Below are positions 36,182 to 42,054 of a stretch of 42,054 nt of DNA, piece by piece (positions within the stretch are counted from its first letter, which is position 1; every line of letters begins with the position of its first letter). The position numbers and the translations under genes were made by a program. The notes under the pieces were generated by a model, which saw only the letters and a list, made by a program, of their open reading frames with translations, was not told the origin of the DNA and did no database searches. The stretch is from a virus. Location: IMG/VR virus record IMGVR_UViG_3300005515_000015, one strand, 5' to 3'.

Positions 36182-36465
36182 TGTTCAGCCGAATTTCTCT
36201 GGCTGCCGGCGCAGTTGCCGGCGGCCTCGTCGTCTTCCTCGCCATGCAGGCAGTAAACGCCATTTGGCTACTGCCTGCGGCGAGGAGCGAAGGCAGGGCG
36301 GCCGAACGCGTCGAAGTCCAGGCCGCCACCACGAAAGCAATTGGAGAATTGACCAATGCAGCGGATCGCGCTCGCGTTAACCGTCGCCTGTGCCGTGAGC
36401 GCGGCTGGGTGTACCTCAACGGCGCGGGTCAATGCGTCGAAAGAGCAACTGAACCTGGCGGCTAG
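36181..36465 (+). CDS. i-spanin-like protein (N-terminal TM), 94 aa
   Basis: ISLAAGAVAGGLVVFLAMQAV is a TM segment. ATG overlaps the endolysin TGA. The lipoprotein ORF starts inside this gene. Confidence 0.65.
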   Translation: MFSRISLAAGAVAGGLVVFLAMQAVNAIWLLPAARSEGRAAERVEVQAATTKAIGELTNAADRARVNRRLCRERGWVYLNGAGQCVERATEPGG

Positions 36466-36607
36466 GGCGGTGGTCGGGGCTTCGCTTATCGGCGCGCGAG
36501 GGGCGACGCCGGCCGACCAAGATAAGATCGACGACACAGTCGCGGGGCTATGCGGCGCCCGCGTCTGGACTAAGGAAGAGTGCAGCGCCCACGACGCTGC
36601 GCAGTGA
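36356..36607 (+). CDS. o-spanin-like lipoprotein, 83 aa
   Basis: Signal peptide with lipobox: MQRIALALTVACAVSAAGC. Overlaps the 3' end of the i-spanin gene in another frame. Confidence 0.7.
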   Translation: MQRIALALTVACAVSAAGCTSTARVNASKEQLNLAARAVVGASLIGARGATPADQDKIDDTVAGLCGARVWTKEECSAHDAAQ

Positions 36608-36657
36608 TCAGCAATTTTGCATTCGAGGGGCAAAGGGTGAGCAACGGGAACGAAGAG

Positions 36658-37026
36658 ATGGTCAGCGTTCGAGCACCAGCCTGGAAATGGGAATGGAACC
36701 TCAACACACTCGTGATCGTACTTGGGTTCATCGGCGGCATTGCCGCTTGGGGGATGACCTGGGAGCGGTTGACGGCCAATCAACAGGTGCACGCCGAGAA
36801 CATCGACAAGCTCGACAAGCGTGTCACCACCCTCGAGGCGTCGATGCGCTTGCTCGACAACCACGAACTCCGCATCACAGGCGTCGAGAAGCAGGCGGCC
36901 GAGGCGGCCACGTCGATGCGCGCCGTGGAAAACACGTTGAACAGCTTATCGGTCGATACCCGCGTCATGCGCGAGATCTTGCAGCGAATCGAGGCTGGGC
37001 AGCGCGAAGGTCAGCTTCGACGCTGA
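36658..37026 (+). CDS. Membrane-anchored coiled-coil protein, 122 aa (lysis-associated; holin role unproven)
   Basis: One TM segment, LVIVLGFIGGIAAWGMTW, then a long coiled coil. Start ATG 36658 (alternative GTG 36637). Confidence 0.5.
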   Translation: MVSVRAPAWKWEWNLNTLVIVLGFIGGIAAWGMTWERLTANQQVHAENIDKLDKRVTTLEASMRLLDNHELRITGVEKQAAEAATSMRAVENTLNSLSVDTRVMREILQRIEAGQREGQLRR

Positions 37027-37048
37027 ACAGCGTACGAATCGACTGCGG

Positions 37049-37894
37049 TTAGCTGAATACATTGGCGACGTGCTCGATTGTGAAATCTTCCCCAATCCGA
37101 TCTCGCAACCAAGCAATGATCCCCTTCGATACGTGGTCGTCGATTACAAAAAGGTTTGCTTCGTTTCGTCCGATCGGACTTAACTCGACGCCCACCACAT
37201 CCTTAAGGAACGGCCGAATGGCCGTCTGAACATCTTTGTCGGGTGCCGTATTCTTTGATTTCACCCTAAATTTCTGCATCGGTTGTTCGTGTCGAGATGA
37301 ACGTGGAGTGGTGCCAGCTATAGCAAACTCCAGCCGTTCGAGCCGGTTCGCGATCAAGTCTACTTCCTGTAGAAGTACCTGATCGGTCGGGGAGGCGTTT
37401 TGTGCGATTTCAAACTTCCCCCGGGAGAAGGTCACTGGGTTGTCGATCTTGTGGTCAGGATCGATTGCTATAGCGACTGCCTCTTTGAGCGCCTCGCGGG
37501 CTCTTTTTAGGTCGCGAGGCCATTTGCGCTGGAATTTGATTGACCGGAAGGACGCGATATCGAAGGGAATCCTTTGTCCTTCAAGGTGCATATGAATTAT
37601 GGGCTTTTGAACCGTGTGGCGAATTCCGATTTCGTAAAATGCATTTGGGTTCAGAGTCGTGAGGTCGGCAATCACTAGTTCCGCCTCGAGAAGCGCGGTA
37701 ATAACTTGCGCATCAATGCGGCCGGGATCGGAGATTTTGTCGGCGCGCTTTACGTCAAACTCCGTAAAGCTCTGCCCAAAAACTGGCAGAATGATTTCCT
37801 CCAAGAGCCAATCGGCGTGGTTCCGATCGTCGCTGTCGTCGTCTCCGATCGGTCCAACTACGAAGCAGAGTTTCTTTTTTGCCGACCTTGCCAC
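37049..37894 (-). CDS. NDT/TIR-like Rossmannoid N-domain protein with unknown C-terminal domain (candidate effector)
   Basis: KKLCFVVGPIGDDDSDD...AELVIADLTTLNPNAFYEIGIRHTVQKPIIHM. GTG 37894 after AGGGGG (alternative TTG 37963, giving 304 aa). GC about 48-50%. Confidence 0.6.
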   Translation of the reverse strand: MARSAKKKLCFVVGPIGDDDSDDRNHADWLLEEIILPVFGQSFTEFDVKRADKISDPGRIDAQVITALLEAELVIADLTTLNPNAFYEIGIRHTVQKPIIHMHLEGQRIPFDIASFRSIKFQRKWPRDLKRAREALKEAVAIAIDPDHKIDNPVTFSRGKFEIAQNASPTDQVLLQEVDLIANRLERLEFAIAGTTPRSSRHEQPMQKFRVKSKNTAPDKDVQTAIRPFLKDVVGVELSPIGRNEANLFVIDDHVSKGIIAWLRDRIGEDFTIEHVANVFS

Positions 37895-37994
37895 CTTGTT
37901 TCGCCCCCTGTCATCCAAAGTTGCAGCTACAAATACAGAGTGTGCATGGTTGTGCAATATCAATAGATGACCGTTGCAACCGACCAGTGACGAG

Positions 37995-38243
37995 TCAGCG
38001 GTAGATTTCTAGGAACATAGAGCTGAGCTGCGGAGAGTTGATCCCGCATCGGTCAAATTTGCTGGCCCTCACATACCTTGGGCAGGTCATGCCTAGGCTG
38101 GCAATAAAGGTCGCGATCGGCATGTCGGAGCCCCATTTCTCGATCAGCCGCGAAACCTTGTAGCGGCCCTTGCGGTCGCAGTTGGCGCACTCGATCTCCA
38201 TGAAAGGCTCTTTGAATTCTCGAAGTGTCCGATGGGTCGACAT
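37995..38243 (-). CDS. Small Cys4 zinc-ribbon-like protein, 82 aa
   Basis: ATG 38243 preceded by AGGAGG. ECANCDRKGRY...MTCPRY...FDRCG. The longer ORF-track start would run through the promoter. Confidence 0.65.
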   Translation of the reverse strand: MSTHRTLREFKEPFMEIECANCDRKGRYKVSRLIEKWGSDMPIATFIASLGMTCPRYVRASKFDRCGINSPQLSSMFLEIYR

Positions 38244-38259
38244 ATTGCGCACCTCCTTC

Positions 38260-38293
38260 GTTCTCAATATGTTCTCAAGAGTGAAAGAGTCAA
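38260..38293 (-). promoter_or_regulatory. Sigma-70-type promoter overlapped by a GAAC-N7-GAAC (LexA/SOS-box-like) direct repeat
   Basis: Minus strand: TTGACT (38293-38288), 16-nt spacer, CATATT (38271-38266). Plus strand: GTTCTCAA-TAT-GTTCTCAA, i.e. GTTC(38260-63)-N7-GTTC(38271-74). Confidence 0.5.
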
Positions 38294-38308
38294 CGTGTCC
38301 TGATTTCG

Positions 38309-38602
38309 ATGACAGAGCCGTATCAGCCCCGCTACCAATGGCGCCGCACGCAACTCGATGAGCACGATCCGCCAAGCGATCTCGATTGGCTCGGCTTTGA
38401 CGGCGTGGGCTACATCGGTCGCATCAGAAAAGAGACCGGCGGACCGACCGCCGGCCGGTGGCACTGGGCAGGATCAACCCCTCGCACCTTCAGGGGCGCT
38501 CCGCCGACGCCGAACCAAGGCTATTGCGATACCGCGCGCGAAGCTACCGAGATGGCTGAAACCTATTGGGACTGGTGCCTCGCGCGAATGAAGGGCGAGT
38601 GA
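38309..38602 (+). CDS. Trp-rich hypothetical protein, 97 aa
   Basis: Natural composition. GYIGRIRKETGGPTAGRWHWAGS...YWDWCLARM. Directly upstream of the ligase gene and co-oriented with it. Confidence 0.6.
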   Translation: MTEPYQPRYQWRRTQLDEHDPPSDLDWLGFDGVGYIGRIRKETGGPTAGRWHWAGSTPRTFRGAPPTPNQGYCDTAREATEMAETYWDWCLARMKGE

Positions 38603-38634
38603 GACGTTTTCGCCGTTCTGTGCGTTAATGCGGA

Positions 38635-39606
38635 ATGGCTAAAACACTTACGGAGAAATCACCGCCAGCGCCGCCGGCAGATCCGATGCCCGCCCGCGTC
38701 GACCCATGTCTTGCGACCCTGGTTGATACACCTCCGAAAGGGCCGAACTGGGCCTTCGAAGTGAAATGGGATGGCTATCGCGCCGCGCTCCATATCGAGC
38801 CCGGGCGCGTCCGCGTCCTCACGCGCGGCGGCCATGATTGGACCGATCGCTTTCCCTCCATTGCAGCAGAGGCGCCCCATCTCGGGGCACAATCCGCGAT
38901 CATCGACGGCGAGGCCGTTGTGCTCGACGAGAAGGGCCGATCCGACTTCGGCCTGCTGCAACGCGCCCTCGGGCGCCGGCCGGGCGAGCATGGCCCCGGT
39001 GAAATCCTCCTCCTCGCTTTCGATCTTCTCTACCTCGACGGTCGCGACCTGCGCAGGCTGCCGCAGTCCGAGCGCCGGCAGTTGCTCGTCCAGCTTCTCG
39101 CCGGCCGCGACGGGCCAATCCGCCTTTCCGAAGAGGTCGACGCGGATGGGGCGGAGTTCTTCCGTGTTGCGTGCGAGTTGGGACTCGAGGGGATTATCGC
39201 CAAGCGGCGGGACATGCCCTATCGCATCGGGCGCCGGCCGGAGTGGCTGAAGATCAAATGCGCGCGTCGCGACACTTTCGTGATCGTAGGTTTTCAGCCG
39301 TCGACCGTGCCTGGCGCGATCGGCCGGCTGCTGCTGGCGGCCAAAGAAGGAGAGGGGCTTGTCTATGTCGGAGGCGTTGGGACGGGCTGGAGCGCCAAGG
39401 TGTCGCGCGATCTACGGGAGTTGCTGGAGGCGATCGTGACGCCTACGCCGGCGGTGAAACTGTCGCGGAAGGGTGCGGTGTTTATAGAGCCGGTGCTGGT
39501 CGCTGATGTAGAATACCGAGCGTGGACGCAGGATAAGAGGCTGCGGCATCCGTCGTTCAAAGAGGTGCGAAAGGCTGATGAGAATGCGCACGTCTTCGAG
39601 GTTTAG
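38635..39606 (+). CDS. ATP-dependent DNA ligase (LigD ligase-domain type, stand-alone)
   Basis: Motif I EVKWDGYR, III IIDGEAVV, IIIa FDLLYLDG, IV EGIIAKR, V WLKIK, plus an OB domain. Confidence 0.9.
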   Translation: MAKTLTEKSPPAPPADPMPARVDPCLATLVDTPPKGPNWAFEVKWDGYRAALHIEPGRVRVLTRGGHDWTDRFPSIAAEAPHLGAQSAIIDGEAVVLDEKGRSDFGLLQRALGRRPGEHGPGEILLLAFDLLYLDGRDLRRLPQSERRQLLVQLLAGRDGPIRLSEEVDADGAEFFRVACELGLEGIIAKRRDMPYRIGRRPEWLKIKCARRDTFVIVGFQPSTVPGAIGRLLLAAKEGEGLVYVGGVGTGWSAKVSRDLRELLEAIVTPTPAVKLSRKGAVFIEPVLVADVEYRAWTQDKRLRHPSFKEVRKADENAHVFEV

Positions 39607-39636
39607 CGCCCCAGGGTTCGGCTACTTCTTGGGGCG
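39607..39636. terminator. Weak stem-loop between convergent genes
   Basis: CGCCCCA (39607-13) pairs with TGGGGCG (39630-36) across a 16-nt loop. Confidence 0.3.
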
Positions 39637-40020
39637 GTTGACCACGACAAATGCGGATACGACGGATCCTATCACTCCGCCGCCCAAGATCACCGCGGCC
39701 CATTGTGCGCCTACCGATATTGCATATCCGCATAGGCCAAGTGCCACGAGGACGAAAAGGAAGGCTAGGATTTTACCGAGGATGGCATCAAAGCCTGTTA
39801 CGAATAGATCTCGCGCTTCAAGCCGATGCCGATGCTGGGTTTCTGCTTCCCACGCCGAGAATATTCTCTCTGCCCCATTATCAACTACATGGTTGAAATC
39901 TTCGAGGATAGACGGCGGGGGGAGCGGTCCCGACCATTCGGCCGCAACAACGGCTCGCGCGGCCGCCCGCTCGTCTGCATCAGCTGTAGGGGTTGGGCGT
40001 CTAGCGGGTGGTTTTTTCAC
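39622..40020 (-). CDS. DUF2335-family membrane protein
   Basis: WSGPLPPPSILEDFNHVVDNGAERIFSAWEAETQHRH followed by two TM segments. Confidence 0.75.
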   Translation of the reverse strand: MKKPPARRPTPTADADERAAARAVVAAEWSGPLPPPSILEDFNHVVDNGAERIFSAWEAETQHRHRLEARDLFVTGFDAILGKILAFLFVLVALGLCGYAISVGAQWAAVILGGGVIGSVVSAFVVVNRPKK

Positions 40021-40249
40021 GCTGCATTACTTCGGCTGCAGCCTTTCTCATATCCATACCGATGCGAACAAAATCGCCTCTGAGCGCCTTGTTGGAGTTT
40101 TCCACCTTCGCGCGCATGGTAGGCTGATGGGGCGTTGAGATTGTCAGGAGGGAAGCGAGACCAGTCACAACGCCGTTCGCGATGCCGCGCACGCGGCGCT
40201 TCGTCGTCAATTTCGTGTGGTAAACTGTTTTCTTCATCGTTCTCACCAT
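40001..40249 (-). CDS. Small basic hypothetical protein, 82 aa
   Basis: GAGG RBS before ATG 40249. Its 3' end overlaps the DUF2335 gene start by 20 nt. Confidence 0.5.
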   Translation of the reverse strand: MVRTMKKTVYHTKLTTKRRVRGIANGVVTGLASLLTISTPHQPTMRAKVENSNKALRGDFVRIGMDMRKAAAEVMQREKTTR

Positions 40250-40435
40250 GTCAGCCTCATATACCGACAGAACGTAAAGGGCAAATTAAGGTTCATTCAC
40301 ACTTTGGTCAATCGTCGCTTTAGGCACGCGACATTGCGTGACGCGCCTTGCGCGGGCGTTACGTTCCGCGCCCACATAGTTTTGAATATCGCTCATGTCA
40401 ATAATTGGGGCTTGTTTCGCGAGGCATGACCGAAG

Positions 40436-41770
40436 TCATGCGCCGGCAAGATCTGGCCATGCGAACATGATGCCTTGTAGGAATGCTTGCCGGCGCTTCA
40501 TCTCGGCGCCGTCGCCGTATCGGGGGCGCCCGAACTCGTGCCCCATCAAATCGGCCTGCATCCGATCCGAGCAGTTGGCATTTTCGATACGGTCCTGGAA
40601 GCTATGGCGCAGCGAGTAGACGGTATGATCGTCTGTCGGCATCAGCCCGTTGTTTCGCAGGACCTTGTTGATCAGTGCCGACGCTGAGTCGGCGTTGTCC
40701 TGGTATTTTGCGAACCCCTGCGGCCTTTGTCGCATCGCCCATAGCGACACGCCGACGAGCGGCACGCGACGGATTGAGTAGTCGCTTTTCTGCCGCCGAT
40801 CGCTGCGCTCCGCGACCTCTATGTGCGGCACCTCGTCATCGAGGCGAATGTCCTGAGGTCTGAGGTTGCAGATTTCGCCGAGCCGCGCGCCGGTCTCAAC
40901 CATCGTGTAGACGACCAGGCGGGCATCCGCGTCGAGCATATCCATGGCGCCCGGCAGCAGGATCTTGCCTGTAATCCATTCGCCCGCGAATGGAGGCCTG
41001 CTGCGGCCCTTGGTGGCGTTCGTTTCCTTGATCCGGGCCTTTTCCCATACCGCGTGGTAATTCGTGTGCAGGGCGGCGTCTATGGGCGTGAGCATGCCCA
41101 TGATGTCGCTGAAGGATCGATTAGCAGTGTCGGCCTTCAGGCCCTCGTCGATTATCTTGTCGGTCCACCACTGGCGGAACTTCAGCACGTCCGGTCGCGC
41201 GATCGCACCGAGCTCCAGGTCTCCCATCACATCGACCGCGTAGGTGATCGCTCGCTCTCGCGAGATCTTGTGCTTCCTCAGCTGATTCTTCGACATCCCC
41301 GTAAGTCCGGCGGCGTTGTGCTGCTCGTAGAGCGTCCAGACGTTGCTGAGGCGCGGCGAGGGTTCGTCGACGGTTCCGGCAACGGCGTCGACGATTGTTT
41401 GCGAGCGATCGAGATTCTCTGCGACGACGGCCAGGCGCCTCTCGATCTCGTCTAGCGGAAGCGCTGCGACATCGGCGGCTGGCCGGTAGGTGAAGCCGAG
41501 CGACTGGGCAAGCTTGACTGCGGCTTCGTACCGCGCAAATGCAGTTTCGTTGTCGTTGCCGGTTAGGAGTGCGCGCCAAAGGCTCTCCGCGGCGTCATGG
41601 ACCGACTGCGCTTTTTCCAGCGCGTCCTTCAAAATCTTCGTTTTCAGGGACTGTTTGACGTGCGTGCGGTTGTCGAGGTGGGCAACTTCGGTCGGCACGC
41701 GTCGATAATAGCGGTAAATTCCGCTGACCGGATGCTTTACGACATAACGGGAGAGATCGTCAGATCCCAT
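40436..41770 (-). CDS. int: Tyrosine recombinase / phage integrase
   Basis: C-terminal catalytic region ARLGEICNLR...YSLRHSF...LMGHE...RYGDG. Internal ATG 41770 preferred over the ORF-track start at 41842. Confidence 0.9.
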   Translation of the reverse strand: MGSDDLSRYVVKHPVSGIYRYYRRVPTEVAHLDNRTHVKQSLKTKILKDALEKAQSVHDAAESLWRALLTGNDNETAFARYEAAVKLAQSLGFTYRPAADVAALPLDEIERRLAVVAENLDRSQTIVDAVAGTVDEPSPRLSNVWTLYEQHNAAGLTGMSKNQLRKHKISRERAITYAVDVMGDLELGAIARPDVLKFRQWWTDKIIDEGLKADTANRSFSDIMGMLTPIDAALHTNYHAVWEKARIKETNATKGRSRPPFAGEWITGKILLPGAMDMLDADARLVVYTMVETGARLGEICNLRPQDIRLDDEVPHIEVAERSDRRQKSDYSIRRVPLVGVSLWAMRQRPQGFAKYQDNADSASALINKVLRNNGLMPTDDHTVYSLRHSFQDRIENANCSDRMQADLMGHEFGRPRYGDGAEMKRRQAFLQGIMFAWPDLAGA

Positions 41771-41800
41771 GGGATTTGCGCCTTTTCGTTCCCCTGTGGT

Positions 41801-41832
41801 CCGAAAAGTAGCCAAAATGTAACCAAAAAAGC
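41801..41832 (+). promoter_or_regulatory. Three tandem CC(A/G)AAA(A/T)(G/A)(T/G)(A/C) decamers with 11-bp period (candidate integrase arm-type sites)
   Basis: CCGAAAAGTA 41801-10, CCAAAATGTA 41812-21, CCAAAAAAGC 41823-32, between the int start and the repeat. Confidence 0.45.
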
Positions 41833-41903
41833 AAGGGTACAAAGCGGGCGGCGAGGGCGCTTGCGTTTAAGTGTGCTTGTAAGCCGTTGAAATCCCTAAA
41901 TGA

Positions 41904-41933
41904 AAAGGCCCGCACCGTGAGGTGCAGGCCTTT
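41904..41933 (-). terminator. Intrinsic terminator (minus strand) between the repeat and int
   Basis: Minus-strand AAAGGCCTGCACC-TCAC-GGTGCGGGCCTTT stem (one mismatch) followed by TTTTCATTT. Confidence 0.65.
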
Positions 41934-41934
41934 A

Positions 41935-42054
41935 GAAACTGGCTCCCCGGGCCGGAGTTGGCTCCGATGGTAGGGCAAAGCCGAAGTTCATATATTTCAG
42001 TCTATTAGGTCCGGCATTCTAAAGTCACTCGTCGCGTGATGTAACCAAAATGTA
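41935..42054. repeat. Right copy of the exact 120-bp terminal direct repeat (attR or circular overlap)
   Basis: Identical to 1-120. The int start codon lies about 165 bp away. Confidence 0.95.

Larger units (their letters stand above)
1..42054. mobile_element. Complete temperate tailed-phage genome / prophage (HK97-type head, long tail with tape measure, lambda-like regulatory layout)
   Basis: Contiguous integrase, CI/Cro-like switch, replication module, HNH-TerS-TerL-portal-protease-capsid, tail, lysis cassette. Exact 120-bp repeat at both window ends. Confidence 0.9.

Noticed and set aside
37973-37980. GTTGCAAC between the two accessory genes, resembling fused half-sites of the immunity operator
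   Set aside because: It is only 8 bp and lacks the N5 spacer. About one such palindromic octamer is expected by chance in 42 kb.
40284-40396. 36-aa minus-strand ORF (MSDIQNYVGAERNARARRVTQCRVPKATIDQSVNEP) downstream of int as a possible excisionase
   Set aside because: No Shine-Dalgarno sequence, no winged-helix Xis/AlpA-like motif, and too short to judge. Left unannotated.
1-42054. CRISPR arrays, tRNA genes, reverse transcriptase/DGR or retron-type elements
   Set aside because: Reading both strands, I found no regularly spaced repeat-spacer array, no cloverleaf-compatible segment and no RT motif (YxDD). The only repeat families found are the operators, iterons, arm-type decamers and terminal repeat reported above.

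Overview
The window is a complete temperate tailed-phage genome or prophage of about 41.9 kb. The host looks like a high-GC alphaproteobacterium, probably Rhizobiales-like; this is inferred from a GapR/DUF2312 homologue, GTA-like tail genes and GC of about 65% in the backbone line I counted. An exact 120-bp direct repeat sits at both ends (1-120 = 41935-42054). Gene order, left to right: (1) a leftward early operon of 13 tightly coupled genes (216-5137) that includes an HNH endonuclease, a DUF5131/Gp37-Gp68 three-Cys protein and an NDT-like protein. (2) A lambda-like immunity region in which one 19-bp palindromic operator (AGTTGCA-N5-TGCAACT) occupies both a PL-like and a PR-like promoter; between them lie a short XRE-type CI-like repressor and a P22 immI-like trio (80-aa RHH, 53-aa RHH, 122-aa ORF). 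(3) A rightward early and replication operon: Cro-like protein, strong terminator, ParB-like protein, GapR-like protein, ParB-MT-A70 methylase, beta clamp, and an initiator with internal iterons. (4) A NusG/RfaH-like factor followed by a structured leader and terminator. (5) Late genes: HNH-TerS-TerL-portal-protease-capsid, connectors, major tail protein, a chaperone with a G GGA AAG -1 frameshift, tape measure, tail tip, and a low-GC fibre distal half followed by an FkbM methyltransferase. (6) A lysis cassette: GH19 endolysin and overlapping spanins. (7) An accessory island (37.0-40.3 kb) and the tyrosine integrase. The best candidate for an undescribed system is a low-GC two-gene operon (37049-38243) encoding a zinc-ribbon protein and an NDT/TIR-like Rossmannoid protein. 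Its promoter overlaps a GAAC-N7-GAAC (alphaproteobacterial LexA-box-like) repeat, and it is divergent from a Trp-rich ORF plus a stand-alone LigD-type ATP-dependent DNA ligase. All functional calls rest on reading the translated ORFs and motifs by eye; no database search was possible.
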